From an uncultured Clostridia bacterium (GTDB taxonomy: Bacteria > Bacillota > Clostridia > Christensenellales > Borkfalkiaceae): a stretch of DNA of 41,240 nucleotides. The notes under the pieces were generated by a model. That model saw nothing but the letters and a program-made list of their open reading frames with translations. It had not been told where the DNA came from and made no database searches. The DNA is taken from the NCBI GenBank assembly GCA_944359385.1, contig CALVSU010000001.1:1-41240 (forward strand), given 5' to 3'. The position numbers were made by a program, and so were the translations under genes. The number at the start of each line of letters is the position of its first letter. Position 1 is the first letter of the stretch. Shown in pieces: positions 1 through 10,131 of this stretch.

Positions 1-39
1 TTTCAAGACTGACGCCATCGACCACTCTGCCAACCTTCC
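1..39 (-). tRNA. tRNA-Ser(UGA), 5' half only (truncated by window edge)
   Basis: Reverse complement reads GGAAGGTTGGCAGAGTGGTCGATGGCGTCAGTCTTGAAA: acceptor 5' strand, D-arm with AGTGG, anticodon loop CT-TGA-AA. Confidence 0.9.
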
Positions 40-83
40 GTATGCAGTCATCTTCTTTTGCTGATGGCGTTTCAGACTTTTTA

Positions 84-112
84 ATTGTAGCAAAGTTACC
101 CGTTTTTGTCAA
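84..112 (-). promoter_or_regulatory. sigmaA promoter for the tRNA
   Basis: On the - strand, TTGACA (112-107), 17-nt spacer, TGcTACAAT extended -10 (89-84). Confidence 0.8.
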
Positions 113-150
113 TCGTTTGTTTTTGACTGAATAGCTCAAAGAGAAATTTC

Positions 151-179
151 TTGACAAATTTTTTGCATTTGACTATACT
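151..179 (+). promoter_or_regulatory. sigmaA promoter for tyrA
   Basis: TTGACA 151-156, 17-nt spacer, TATACT 174-179. Divergent from the tRNA promoter. Confidence 0.8.
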
Positions 180-255
180 TTTAAAAATGGACATACCGAT
201 GCCGAATGCAAAGATAAGGGGTCGTGTGTCAAAAACCCGAAAGGAAGGAACGGAA

Positions 256-1071
256 ATGAAAATTCTTGTCGCCGGATTGGGGCTTATGGGCGGCTCGATG
301 GCGAAATCGTTGAAAAGGGCGGGTTATTCTGTCGACGGATTTGATCGGAGGGAAGTGCTTTCGCTTGCGGTCAAAGAGGGGGCTATCGCAGCCGTTGCGG
401 AAGATTTTTCGGTATACGATATCGTGTTTGTCGCACTGCCGCCGGAGGCGGCTATCCGTTTCATCGACGAAACCCGATTTGCACAAAATGCGGTGGTCGC
501 GGATATCTGCGGCGTGAAAGGCGAGGTGGAGAGCGCTGTGTACGCCAAACCGCGCAATTTCCGCTATGTCGGGTGCCATCCTATGACGGGTAAAGAAGTT
601 TCGGGTTATCGGAATTCCGCAGAGGACCTTTTCGACGGAGCGAGCATGATCGTGACGGAGAACGAGAAAACGGACGAAGATGCCGTGCGGCTTTTGGAAG
701 ATATCTTTGTCAAAATGGGTTTCGGGCTCATCAGGCACTGTACCGCGCAATATCATGATAAAAAAATTGCATATACTTCACAGCTTGCGCATGTAGTGAG
801 CAACGCGTATGTGAAAAGCAGAACGGCGGACGGGTATGTCGGGTTTACGGGCGGCAGCTTTCAGGACATGACCCGTATCGCAGGTGTGGACGAAAAGGTG
901 TGGACGCAGCTGTATTTTTACAATCGCGAAAATCTGGCGGAAGAGCTGGAAACATTGCTCTTTGAACTCGGGAAATACGCCGACGCTCTAAGACGCGGAG
1001 ACAGGGAGGCGTTTGCGGCTCTTTTAAAGGAAGGAAGGGAGCGAAAGGAAAAACTCGACAGGGAAAAATAG
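256..1071 (+). CDS. tyrA: prephenate dehydrogenase
   Basis: GLGLMGGS Rossmann motif, DICGVK, GCHPMTGKE, HDKKIAYTSQLAH, GSFQDMTRIA. Start moved to ATG 256 (AAGGA RBS) because the track start lies in the promoter. Confidence 0.92.
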   Translation: MKILVAGLGLMGGSMAKSLKRAGYSVDGFDRREVLSLAVKEGAIAAVAEDFSVYDIVFVALPPEAAIRFIDETRFAQNAVVADICGVKGEVESAVYAKPRNFRYVGCHPMTGKEVSGYRNSAEDLFDGASMIVTENEKTDEDAVRLLEDIFVKMGFGLIRHCTAQYHDKKIAYTSQLAHVVSNAYVKSRTADGYVGFTGGSFQDMTRIAGVDEKVWTQLYFYNRENLAEELETLLFELGKYADALRRGDREAFAALLKEGRERKEKLDREK

Positions 1072-1077
1072 GCTGAC

Positions 1078-1110
1078 CGCGGCAGTGATGAAACTGCCGC
1101 GATTTGTTTT
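1078..1110 (+). terminator. probable intrinsic terminator after tyrA
   Basis: 9-bp stem CGCGGCAGT/ACTGCCGCG, 6-nt loop, then ATTTGTTTT. Confidence 0.6.
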
Positions 1111-1136
1111 ACAATGCGGCGTAATTGTGTTATAAT
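1108..1136 (+). promoter_or_regulatory. sigmaA promoter for the DUF1934-rho-aro run
   Basis: TTTACA 1108-1113, 17 nt, TGtTATAAT (-10 at 1131-1136). Confidence 0.75.
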
Positions 1137-1174
1137 ATGGAACGTAAAGTTTTTTGGTTTGATCGAACGTGCCC

Positions 1175-1552
1175 ATGAAGAAGTATAAAGTTTTTTTGAG
1201 CGCGGAATCTGAAGAGGGAAGAGAGTCCTTTTGCGCGGTCGCGGAGAGATCCTGTGGCAAGAACGGAGACGAGTTTGTGTTTTCGGGGAGAGACGGGCAA
1301 TACCGCATTTTACTCGGGGAGAGAGTCGTCATTTCGCGGACGGGCGAGCTTGCTTACAGACTGACGCTCGATGCTTCGGAGCAGACGCAAGCCGTTCTTC
1401 AAACTGCTTTTGGGGAAATACCCGTCGGGGTGAGAGCGGAGCGTCTTTCCGTGCGTTCGCGCGGCGAATCCTTTTTTTTGAAGGCGGAGTATATTTTGTC
1501 TTTCCCGGATTTCACGCAAAAACATAGAATCGTTTTCACGGCAAAAGAGTAA
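1175..1552 (+). CDS. DUF1934-like small beta-barrel protein
   Basis: All-beta pattern with ISRTG..Y.L, QTAFGEI and AEYIL segments resembling the DUF1934 family. Start at ATG 1175 or GTG 1169. Confidence 0.55.
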   Translation: MKKYKVFLSAESEEGRESFCAVAERSCGKNGDEFVFSGRDGQYRILLGERVVISRTGELAYRLTLDASEQTQAVLQTAFGEIPVGVRAERLSVRSRGESFFLKAEYILSFPDFTQKHRIVFTAKE

Positions 1553-1635
1553 GCGGGATTTGTCGCCGTTTTTTATTTTCCAAAAAGGGGCAGGCAATGT
1601 TTGCCGCCGCCTTTATCCGATATGGGGGGGAGTAT

Positions 1636-2277
1636 ATGCGAATCGAATATTTCGGACATTCCTGTTTTCGTTTTACGGAAGACCGTAAGAGTTTTCTCAC
1701 CGATCCTTTTACGCGTATCGGTTATGAACTGCCGCGCGTTTCGGCGGATTTTGTGACGGTGAGCCACGGGCATTTCGACCATAATTATCTTGCGGGCGTG
1801 TCGGGCATGCCGAAGGTCATCGATCGTGCGGGAGAATTTGCCGCGGGCGGCGTGAAAATTACGGGTATAGACTGCGCGCACGACGATAAGGCAGGTGCGC
1901 TGCGCGGCGGGAACATCGCTTTCACTTATGATTTCGGCGGGTTCACCGTTTGTCATCTCGGCGATCTCGGCGAAACTTTTTCCGAAGAGAGGGCGAGTCG
2001 GTTCGGGCATCCCGATGTCTTATTGATTCCGGTCGGCGGGACATATACCATCGATGCGCGCGAAGCGGTTCGATATATACAGGCGATCGGCCCGAAGGTC
2101 GTCATTCCGATGCACTATCGCACGGAGCGCTGTACATTGGATATAGCGCCGCTTTCCGATTTTATTGGCGCGTTCGGCAAAGAGCGCGTCTGCGGTCCGG
2201 AAGCATTTTTTGACAGCGGACACATAGAGAATGATATGAAAAAAGCACTCGTTTTGGAGGTTTGCGGGAGTGAGTGA
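1636..2277 (+). CDS. MBL-fold Zn-dependent hydrolase
   Basis: GHSCF, TDPF, SHGHFDH, HLGDLG, IPVGG and IPMHY motifs. Start at ATG 1636 after GGGGAG RBS. Confidence 0.88.
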   Translation: MRIEYFGHSCFRFTEDRKSFLTDPFTRIGYELPRVSADFVTVSHGHFDHNYLAGVSGMPKVIDRAGEFAAGGVKITGIDCAHDDKAGALRGGNIAFTYDFGGFTVCHLGDLGETFSEERASRFGHPDVLLIPVGGTYTIDAREAVRYIQAIGPKVVIPMHYRTERCTLDIAPLSDFIGAFGKERVCGPEAFFDSGHIENDMKKALVLEVCGSE

Positions 2278-3742
2278 TCTATTGCAGAAGTATGCATCCG
2301 TCGCCGAATATCTCGACGGGCTGAGCGTATATGAAGTGCGCAACATCGCAAGGGAGTTGGGCGTGCGTTCGCCTACGACGGAAAAGAAGGGAGAATTGAT
2401 CGAACAGATCGTCATGGTGGCGGCAGGGCTGGTTTCTCCGCTGGGGAAAATGACGAACAAAGGCGCGCCGCCAAAAGCGGCAAAGGTGTCTGAAAACATT
2501 CTTTCTGAGATCAAAAGCCGTATTGCGGCTGTAAAGAATGCCGAGCCTTATCCCGTGCCCGATGAGGAAACGGCGCGGGGAGAGATCATACGATTCAGCG
2601 ATCCCGACGGGGAAGAAAGAGGGTATGACGAAGTCTATACGGGCGTGCTCGAAATGCATCCGCAGGGTTACGGCTTTTTGCGCGCGGAAAATTGTCAGCC
2701 GGGCAAGAAAGACGTATTTGTGGCAGGGCCCGTTATTCGCAAATACGGTCTCAGATGCGGGGATTTTATCAGCGGATATGTCAGGCAGAACAGAGAGAGC
2801 GGTTCTCCCGCATTGGAAGAGCTTGCTTCGGTAAACGGGAGATTGCCCGTATCTGCTCGCAACAGAGAGGATTTTGATGACATGACCCCCCGCTATCCCG
2901 ATGAGCGCATTGAGCTGGGCGGGAAAGGTAAGTTATCTCTTCGCTGTATCGATCTGATGTGTCCGATCGGGAAGGGGCAGCGCGGACTGATCGTGTCGCC
3001 GCCGAAAGCGGGAAAGACGACCCTGCTGAAAGATATTGCGGGCGCGATCGCGGAAGAGCATCCGGACATCCACCTCATCGTCCTGCTCATCGACGAGCGC
3101 CCCGAAGAAGTGACGGATATAAGGGAATGTCTTCCCAAAGCGGAGATCGTGTATTCCACTTTTGACGAATCTGCGGAACATCACGTCGGTGTTTCCAAAC
3201 TTATTCTGGAACGGGCGAAGCGTCTTGCCGAATCGGGCAGAGATGTCGTGCTGTTGCTCGATTCCATTACCAAACTTGCGCGCGCATATAATAATACGGT
3301 CACGCCTTCGGGAAAGATCCTTTCGGGCGGCATGGATCCGGCCGCGCTGATCGCGCCGAAAAAGTTTTTCGGCGCGGCGAGGAATTTCGGCGAAAAAGGC
3401 TCTCTGACCGTTCTCGCTACGGCGCTCGTCGATACAGGCAGCAGGCTTGACGACGTGATCTATGAAGAGTTCAAAGGCACGGGAAACATGGAGATCCATC
3501 TTTCGCGCGACCTTGCCGAACGGAGGGTGTTCCCTGCGATCGACGTTTACCGTTCGGGTACGAGGAAAGAAGAATTGCTCCTCAGCGAGAAAGAACTTGC
3601 CTGCGCTTATGCGGTACGGCGTGTTTTCCACAAAGACAATGCGACGGAAGGGCTTTTCGGGCTGATGAACAAGACGAAAAACAACGAAGAACTGATTGCC
3701 ACATCGGACGAATGGGCGAAAATCTATAAAACACAGAGGTGA
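2270..3742 (+). CDS. rho: transcription termination factor Rho
   Basis: GYGFLR RNA-binding motif, GKGQRGLIVSPPKAGKT Walker A, IDERPEEV, LDSITKLARAYN, EEFKGTGNME. Confidence 0.97.
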   Translation: MSDLLQKYASVAEYLDGLSVYEVRNIARELGVRSPTTEKKGELIEQIVMVAAGLVSPLGKMTNKGAPPKAAKVSENILSEIKSRIAAVKNAEPYPVPDEETARGEIIRFSDPDGEERGYDEVYTGVLEMHPQGYGFLRAENCQPGKKDVFVAGPVIRKYGLRCGDFISGYVRQNRESGSPALEELASVNGRLPVSARNREDFDDMTPRYPDERIELGGKGKLSLRCIDLMCPIGKGQRGLIVSPPKAGKTTLLKDIAGAIAEEHPDIHLIVLLIDERPEEVTDIRECLPKAEIVYSTFDESAEHHVGVSKLILERAKRLAESGRDVVLLLDSITKLARAYNNTVTPSGKILSGGMDPAALIAPKKFFGAARNFGEKGSLTVLATALVDTGSRLDDVIYEEFKGTGNMEIHLSRDLAERRVFPAIDVYRSGTRKEELLLSEKELACAYAVRRVFHKDNATEGLFGLMNKTKNNEELIATSDEWAKIYKTQR

Positions 3743-4704
3743 AAATTATGTCTGAATACTATATCGGGATCGATTTCGGCGGTATGAGCGCGAAGGCCGG
3801 TTTGTTTGATGCAAAATCCAAGCTGATCGCGAAAGATACCGTCAAGACTTCCAAAGACGACAACTATGTAACGACCGTCGCGAAAATGGCGCAACTCGTG
3901 AAGAAGCTTTGCGAAGATAACGACATTTCCCTCAAAAAGGTCAGGCGCGTCGGGCTCGCGTCTCCCGGCGTGATCGACAGTCAGAAAGGCGTCGTCGTGC
4001 GCTGGGGGAATTATAATTGGTCGGACAGACCTCTCGCCAAAGATATGAGCGAGTCGCTCGGGCTGGAAGTGCGCGTCGTGAACGACGCGAATGCCGCCGC
4101 CTACGGCGAAGCGGTGTACGGCGCGGCGAAAGAATACGCTTCCAGCGTGTTCATCACGCTCGGCACGGGCGTGGGGAGCGGCATTATTCTGGACGGCAAG
4201 CTGTTCGAAGGTTCCTGCGGCGCAGGCGCCGAAGCCGGTCACATGGTCATTCAGACGGGCGGCGTTCCCTGCGGCTGCGGGAGAAGGGGGTGTTTCGAGC
4301 AGTATGCCTCCGCGTCGGCGCTCATCAGGGATACGAAACGCGCCATGTTCGAAGATAAAGAGAGCATGATGTGGGAACTTGTCGGCAAAGATCCTGAAAA
4401 AGTAGACGGAAAGACGGCGTTTTCCGCCGCAAAGGCGGGCGACGCCGCGGCGCAGACGGTCGTCAAAAATTACATCATGTATCTCGGCGAAGGGATCCTG
4501 AACCTCGTCAATATCTTCCGCCCCGAGGCGGTCATCATCGGCGGCGGCGTGTGCAACGAGGGAGAATATCTCCTTGCACCGCTCAGAAAATACGTCGGTG
4601 AGCGCCTGTATGTCGGCTGTGACCGCGTGCCGCTCACGATCAACCGTGCGGCGCTCGGCAACGACGCGGGCATTTACGGCGCACTCGCATTTGCGATGGA
4701 TTGA
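3739..4704 (+). CDS. ROK-family sugar kinase (glucokinase-like)
   Basis: GIDFGG, NDANAAAYGE, TLGTGVGSG, GHM...CGCGRRGCFEQYAS Zn motif. Confidence 0.92.
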   Translation: MKIMSEYYIGIDFGGMSAKAGLFDAKSKLIAKDTVKTSKDDNYVTTVAKMAQLVKKLCEDNDISLKKVRRVGLASPGVIDSQKGVVVRWGNYNWSDRPLAKDMSESLGLEVRVVNDANAAAYGEAVYGAAKEYASSVFITLGTGVGSGIILDGKLFEGSCGAGAEAGHMVIQTGGVPCGCGRRGCFEQYASASALIRDTKRAMFEDKESMMWELVGKDPEKVDGKTAFSAAKAGDAAAQTVVKNYIMYLGEGILNLVNIFRPEAVIIGGGVCNEGEYLLAPLRKYVGERLYVGCDRVPLTINRAALGNDAGIYGALAFAMD

Positions 4705-4711
4705 TTTGATT

Positions 4712-5476
4712 ATGTTCCGAAAGAAGAAGACACTCGCTCTCGCGCTCGGCAGCGGCGGTGCAAAAGGAATGGCGCACGTAGGCGCCTTGCAGGCGCTCGA
4801 AGAGTGCGGCGTGCATTTTTCCGCCGTGGCGGGCACGTCTATCGGCAGTATCGTCGGCGCGTTTTATGCAAAGGGATATTCCCCGCGGGACATATCCGAG
4901 CTTTTGCGAAGGTTGGATTATAAGAGCATGGCGATATCCGTTCTGACGGCGGGATCCAATCTTTCCGTGCGCAACCTCATCGATTCCATGCTGGACGAAA
5001 GCTGTTTTTCCGATCTTACGCTGCCCTTTGCGGCGGTGGCGACAGAGATCTCGAACGGGGAAGAAAAGGTGTTCCGTTCGGGCAGGATCGCGGACGCCGT
5101 GCTCGCGTCTTCCGCGATGCCGCCATTTTTCAAGGGCGTGGAGATCGACGGCAAAATGTACATGGACGGCGCTTTCGTGAATGCAGTTCCCGCCGACGTG
5201 GCGAGGACGCTGGGCGGCGATTTCGTGATCGGCATCTCGCTGTCGCCAGCCAAAAGTTACGAAAGGACTGAATTTGTCCTCAGGAACGGGGAAAAGAAAG
5301 TGTGTATGCAAAAGGGTGTGCATAACTGTGATTTCCTTCTCGAACCGGATCTTTCCGCATACGGAGCGACGGACGTGTTTTCCGCGCCTGTGATGTACGA
5401 TATCGGCTACGAATGCGCGATGCGCCATGCGGACGAGATCCTCGGCGCTTTGCGTGCAAACGCGGTACGGTTCTGA
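4712..5476 (+). CDS. patatin-like phospholipase
   Basis: GSGGAKG oxyanion loop, GTSIG nucleophile, DGA catalytic Asp. Start at ATG 4712 after the ROK stop. Confidence 0.9.
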   Translation: MFRKKKTLALALGSGGAKGMAHVGALQALEECGVHFSAVAGTSIGSIVGAFYAKGYSPRDISELLRRLDYKSMAISVLTAGSNLSVRNLIDSMLDESCFSDLTLPFAAVATEISNGEEKVFRSGRIADAVLASSAMPPFFKGVEIDGKMYMDGAFVNAVPADVARTLGGDFVIGISLSPAKSYERTEFVLRNGEKKVCMQKGVHNCDFLLEPDLSAYGATDVFSAPVMYDIGYECAMRHADEILGALRANAVRF

Positions 5477-5538
5477 ATCAGGGGCGTGCCTGGCTTACAG
5501 GGTGCGCACCGAGTTTCATTGTTACTTGATTTTTACGG

Positions 5539-6648
5539 ATGAAGAAAAGAGATTTTGCCGCCGCGGAAGCGGCGGTTTCCGATAAACGCAGAAAAAAGAA
5601 GAAGATCCGTGCGGCAGCGATCACTGCGGCGGTCGCCGTGTCTGTCGCTCTGTGCTTGGTTCTGATCAATTTCTGCTATTTTCCGCTCGGCTATCTTTGG
5701 GTCAAGTTTTCCAATCCTAAGATCGCGGCAAGGCGCGAAGGGGATTTGCGCGTGCATTTTGTCGATGTCGGACAGGGAGACGCGATCATTGCGGAACTGC
5801 CTGACGGCAAGACGATGCTGATCGACGGCGGCGTGGGAGATTACGATTCGAAGAGCGCGCTCCTTCGCTACATCAATGCGCTTGGCATCGGTAAATTTGA
5901 TTATCTCATGCTGACGCATCCCGATGCCGATCACGCAGGCGGATTGGATGACGTACTCAGATGTTTCGGAGCGGAAAAGGCGTTTATCCCGTATGTGACC
6001 GAATATGACGAGGACTCCGCTTACGGGCAATTTCTCGACGAACTTTCAAAAATCGATTGCGACGTCAAAGTGTCATGCACCTATCAGACCATACTTTCCG
6101 ATACTTCGGAATTTTTCTATTACATGATGATATTGTCTCCTTTTCAGCAGGGCATTGATGGCAGTTATTACGAAGCGGCGAACGCGCAGGGAGCTACGGA
6201 CGAAGATCAGAATGCTGCTTCAGCCGTTCTTTGGCTGGAGTACGCGGGCAGGCGCATCCTCTTTACGGGTGATATTACTTCGGAAGTGGAGGAAGACCTT
6301 TGCGAACAATACGAGACATTGGGAGAAGAGTGTTTTCTTTTGCAGGCGGAAACGATCTGGGGCGAACAGGTGACGCTGACTCCCGAACTGGATAAGCTGG
6401 ATTTTCTCAAAGTCGCGCATCACGGTTCGGCTTCTTCCACGAGCGAAAGGTTTTTGCAGCTCACGACGCCCGAAGCAGCGTTTATCAGCGTGGGCGTCGG
6501 GAATATGTACAACCACCCGTCGCAGGAGACGTTGAAAAGACTGAACGGTGCGGGAACGGACGTTTACAGGACGGACGAACTGGGCAGCGTGATTCTCACG
6601 ATCGATCGGGAAGGCGGATATGCCGTCGATCATATCGGCCGCGCCTAA
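5539..6648 (+). CDS. ComEC/Rec2-type MBL-fold hydrolase with N-terminal membrane anchor (no competence channel domain)
   Basis: DVGQGDA, THPDADH, LFTGD, KVAHHGS, YNHPS and YRTDELG motifs; one TM after a basic N-terminus. Confidence 0.85.
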   Translation: MKKRDFAAAEAAVSDKRRKKKKIRAAAITAAVAVSVALCLVLINFCYFPLGYLWVKFSNPKIAARREGDLRVHFVDVGQGDAIIAELPDGKTMLIDGGVGDYDSKSALLRYINALGIGKFDYLMLTHPDADHAGGLDDVLRCFGAEKAFIPYVTEYDEDSAYGQFLDELSKIDCDVKVSCTYQTILSDTSEFFYYMMILSPFQQGIDGSYYEAANAQGATDEDQNAASAVLWLEYAGRRILFTGDITSEVEEDLCEQYETLGEECFLLQAETIWGEQVTLTPELDKLDFLKVAHHGSASSTSERFLQLTTPEAAFISVGVGNMYNHPSQETLKRLNGAGTDVYRTDELGSVILTIDREGGYAVDHIGRA

Positions 6649-6671
6649 ACGGGCGGCAACGGAGGTATTTT

Positions 6672-7799
6672 ATGAAACTGACAACGGCGGGTGAGTCGCA
6701 CGGCAGGGCGCTCACGGCGATCATCGAAGGATTGCCTTCCAATCTTGAAATAGACGTCCATGAGATCAACCGTTATCTTGCGCTCAGGCAGGGCGGTTAC
6801 GGTCGGGGCGCACGGCAGAAGATCGAATCGGACAAAGCGGAGATCTTATCGGGTGTGCGCGACAGAAAGACGCTGGGCAGCCCCGTCTGCATCTGCGTCG
6901 AAAACAAAGATTATAAAAACTGGGAAGAATATATGTCGCCCTACGGGGCGGACGTTTCCGCGCGCAGGCTTACAAAGGTGCGCCCGGGACATGCGGATCT
7001 GTCGGGCGTTCTCAAATACGACCAGACGGATGCGCGCAATATTCTCGAACGTGCTTCCGCGCGGGAGACGGCGGTGCGCGTCGCGGCGGGAACGGTCGCG
7101 AGGATGTTCCTGCGCGCGCTCGGCGTGGAGGTCGAGGGGTATGTGCGCAGCGTCGAGCAGATCTGCGACGATCGGGAATACACCTTCGATGAGATCCGTG
7201 CGGCGAAATCTTCCGAGCTGTTCATGCCCGATCCCGCGTTTACCGAAGCGGCGAAAAAGCGGCTGGATGAGATCAGGGACGCAAAGGACACGGCGGGCGG
7301 CGTTATCGAGGTGCGCGTGAAAGGGCTGAAAAGCGGCTTCGGGAGCTGTATGACGTATGCGGACAAGCTGGATGCGCATCTTGCCTGTGCGGTCATGAGC
7401 GTGCAGGCGATCAAGGGCGTGGAGATCGGGCTCGGGTTTGAGGCGGCGCGCTGTGCAGGCAGCCGCGTGCACGACGAGATCTTTTACAAAGACGGTGCGT
7501 TCGTGCGGAAGACGAACAACGCGGGCGGCATAGAAGGGGGGATGTCCAACGGAGAGGAGATCGTGATCCGCGCCGCGATGAAACCCATTCCGACCCTCAT
7601 GCGCGGGCTTGATACTGTCGATCTCGAAACGAAGGAAGCCTGCCGCGCCGCGACGGAACGCAGCGACGTGTGCGCGATCTGTGCGTGCGACGTCATACTC
7701 GAAAGCGTCGTCTGCTTTGCGCTGGCTGAGAAAATACTCGAAAGGCTGGGCGGCGACAATATGCGCGACGTAAAGGCGCGCTACGATCTTCTTCCCTGA
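6672..7799 (+). CDS. aroC: chorismate synthase
   Basis: TAGESHG, RPGHADL, ERASARET, NNAGGIEGGMSNG. GGAGG RBS. Confidence 0.97.
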   Translation: MKLTTAGESHGRALTAIIEGLPSNLEIDVHEINRYLALRQGGYGRGARQKIESDKAEILSGVRDRKTLGSPVCICVENKDYKNWEEYMSPYGADVSARRLTKVRPGHADLSGVLKYDQTDARNILERASARETAVRVAAGTVARMFLRALGVEVEGYVRSVEQICDDREYTFDEIRAAKSSELFMPDPAFTEAAKKRLDEIRDAKDTAGGVIEVRVKGLKSGFGSCMTYADKLDAHLACAVMSVQAIKGVEIGLGFEAARCAGSRVHDEIFYKDGAFVRKTNNAGGIEGGMSNGEEIVIRAAMKPIPTLMRGLDTVDLETKEACRAATERSDVCAICACDVILESVVCFALAEKILERLGGDNMRDVKARYDLLP

Positions 7800-7811
7800 A
7801 AGGACAAACAT

Positions 7812-8864
7812 ATGCAGATCATAGAGGTGAAAACAAAATCCCGCCCGAGCACCGTGTATTGCGGCGCAGGGGCGGCGGAAAAGATCGGAGAGGTCACGCG
7901 CGGCAAACAGCTGTTCGTGCTGACCGACACGAACGTATACCGTTTGTACAAAGAGTTTATCGAAGAGAAATTTCCCGCGGCGGCCCTTTGCGTCGTACCC
8001 GCGGGCGAAAAACATAAAAACCGCCATACCCTGTTTTTTATTTTGGATAAGATGCTGGACGCACGCCTGCGCCGCAATGCGATGCTGGTCGCGCTCGGCG
8101 GCGGCGTCGTCGGAGATATGGGCGGGCTTGCGGCGTCTCTTTATATGCGCGGTATCTCCGCCGTGCAGGTGCCGACCACCTTGCTCGCGCAGGTGGATTC
8201 TTCCGTCGGCGGCAAAACCGCGATCGATCATCGCGGCGTCAAAAACGTGATCGGGGCATTTTACCAGCCGCAAACGGTGATCTGCGACCCGCTTTTTCTT
8301 AGAACACTCCCGAAACGGGAACTTCGCTGCGGCATCGGGGAGATCATCAAGACGGGGGCGCTCGACAAAGGCGTCTACGAAAAGCTGAAAGCCGGCGAGA
8401 ACAGGCTCTTCAATCTTTCCTTTCTGGAGGAGATCACGGCAGATTGCGTGCGGTTCAAGGCGGGCGTTGTGGAGAAGGACGAGTGCGAGAAGAGCGGACT
8501 CCGAAAGAGCCTGAACATGGGGCACACCACGGGGCACGCGCTCGAACTTTTTTACGGACGGCGCTCGCACGGCGCGTATGTGCTCATCGGTATGTATTTC
8601 GAGAGCCTGATCGCGGAGCGCGAAGGGATATTGGCGCACGCGTATGCGGAGGCATTGCGCGCCCTGATCGGCAAAGCGGTGACGCTGCCGCATTTTGAAA
8701 ATATCGGCGAGGCGGCGCGGGTCGCGTTGTACGACAAAAAGAACGAAGGCGGGGACGAAATTTCCCTGATCGTACCCAAAGACGTCGGGGCGTATGCGGA
8801 ATTGCGTCTGCCTGTCGGGCGGTATATCGCATATTTGCAGGAGATCGGCGGAGGGATCGCATGA
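7812..8864 (+). CDS. aroB: 3-dehydroquinate synthase
   Basis: ALGGGVVGD, PTTLLAQVDSSVGGKT, KNVIGAFYQP, LNMGHTTGHALE. Confidence 0.96.
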   Translation: MQIIEVKTKSRPSTVYCGAGAAEKIGEVTRGKQLFVLTDTNVYRLYKEFIEEKFPAAALCVVPAGEKHKNRHTLFFILDKMLDARLRRNAMLVALGGGVVGDMGGLAASLYMRGISAVQVPTTLLAQVDSSVGGKTAIDHRGVKNVIGAFYQPQTVICDPLFLRTLPKRELRCGIGEIIKTGALDKGVYEKLKAGENRLFNLSFLEEITADCVRFKAGVVEKDECEKSGLRKSLNMGHTTGHALELFYGRRSHGAYVLIGMYFESLIAEREGILAHAYAEALRALIGKAVTLPHFENIGEAARVALYDKKNEGGDEISLIVPKDVGAYAELRLPVGRYIAYLQEIGGGIA

Positions 8865-10099
8865 AGATCGGAGCACGAAAGGAGTTTTGCGGGGAGTTTA
8901 TCATCCCGGGAGATAAATCGATCACGCACCGCGCGATCATGTTCAATGCGGCGGCTTCGGGCGAAGCGGCCGTCACCAATGCGCTGATGGGCGAGGACTG
9001 TCTGTCCACGGCGGCGTGTATGCGCGCGCTGGGCGCGGAAGTGGCTGTGGAAGGGGATACGATCCGCGTCAGAGGAGCGGAAACATTCCGCGATGCGGAA
9101 TGCTATTGCGGCAACAGCGGCACGACCATGCGCCTTCTGATGGGGCTCGTTGCGGGCAGAAATGTGAATGTCGTGCTCACGGGAGACCCTTCACTTTCTG
9201 CAAGGCCCATGGAGCGGGTCGCAAAGCCGTTGCGCCTTCTGGGTGCGGACATCCGCACGGAGGGCGGCAAGGCGCCCGTGACGATCGGAAAGACAAAGCT
9301 GACGGGCAGGGAAGTGGATACCGCGGTGCCGAGCGCGCAGGTCAAAAGCGCGCTGATCCTGGCGGCGCTGGGCGCCGACGGGGAGACGTTCGTACACGAA
9401 GCGGTGAAAACGCGCGACCATACCGAGCGGATGCTCGCGGCGATGGGAGCGGATCTCTGCGTGCTCGGCAACGCCGTCCGCGTCAAAAAGAGCCGTCTTA
9501 AATGCGCGGACGTGGAGGTTCCCGGCGACATCTCGAGCGCGGCGTATTTCATGGCGCTCGGCGCTCTGCGCGGCGAAACGCTGTGCAGAAACGTCGGGAT
9601 AAATCCCACGAGAACGGGCATTCTGACCGTATTTGACCGCATGGGTGTGGAGTATGCACTGGAAAACAAGCGCATGGTCTGCGGCGAGCCCGTCGCGGAT
9701 ATCCGTGTCAGGAAATCGGCACTCAAAGCGGTGAACATATCGGGCGACATCATGCCCGCGCTCATCGACGAATTGCCCGTCATTGCCGTGCTCTGCGCTT
9801 ATGCGGAAGGAGAAAGCGTGATCACGGGCGCGGAGGAACTGCGCGTCAAAGAGAGCGACAGGATCCGCACGACGGCGGAGATGCTCTCCGCGTTCGGCGG
9901 GGATATCCGCGAGAGGGAAGACGGGTTTGTGATTCGCGGAAAAAAATCTCTGCTCGGCGGCAATGCGGACTCTCATCTCGATCACCGCATCGCGATGAGC
10001 GCGGCGGTCGCGCTCGCGGCGAGCGAACAGGGCGGGGAGATCAGAAACGCGGAATGCGTGAATATATCCTTCCCCGGGTTTTATTCCATGCTCGGCTGA
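8861..10099 (+). CDS. aroA: EPSP synthase
   Basis: PGDKSITHRA, GNSGTTMRL, SAQVKSA, RDHTERML, LRVKESDRI, DHRIAM. Confidence 0.97.
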   Translation: MKIGARKEFCGEFIIPGDKSITHRAIMFNAAASGEAAVTNALMGEDCLSTAACMRALGAEVAVEGDTIRVRGAETFRDAECYCGNSGTTMRLLMGLVAGRNVNVVLTGDPSLSARPMERVAKPLRLLGADIRTEGGKAPVTIGKTKLTGREVDTAVPSAQVKSALILAALGADGETFVHEAVKTRDHTERMLAAMGADLCVLGNAVRVKKSRLKCADVEVPGDISSAAYFMALGALRGETLCRNVGINPTRTGILTVFDRMGVEYALENKRMVCGEPVADIRVRKSALKAVNISGDIMPALIDELPVIAVLCAYAEGESVITGAEELRVKESDRIRTTAEMLSAFGGDIREREDGFVIRGKKSLLGGNADSHLDHRIAMSAAVALAASEQGGEIRNAECVNISFPGFYSMLG

Positions 10100-10131
10100 A
10101 AGAGGGAAGGGAAGAAAGGAGAAGACAAAAA

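Noticed and set aside
180-255. T-box or attenuator upstream of tyrA
   Set aside because: The leader is only about 70 nt and has no T-box consensus or terminator hairpin.
5539-6648. Full ComEC DNA-uptake channel
   Set aside because: Only the MBL domain and one TM are present. The multi-TM competence domain is absent.
6846-8876. 676-aa antisense ORF (likewise 20485-22905, 25175-26545, 29270-30940, 32127-33335, 40297-41232)
   Set aside because: Shadow ORFs opposite well-supported genes, expected with GC-rich codon usage. No recognisable motifs.
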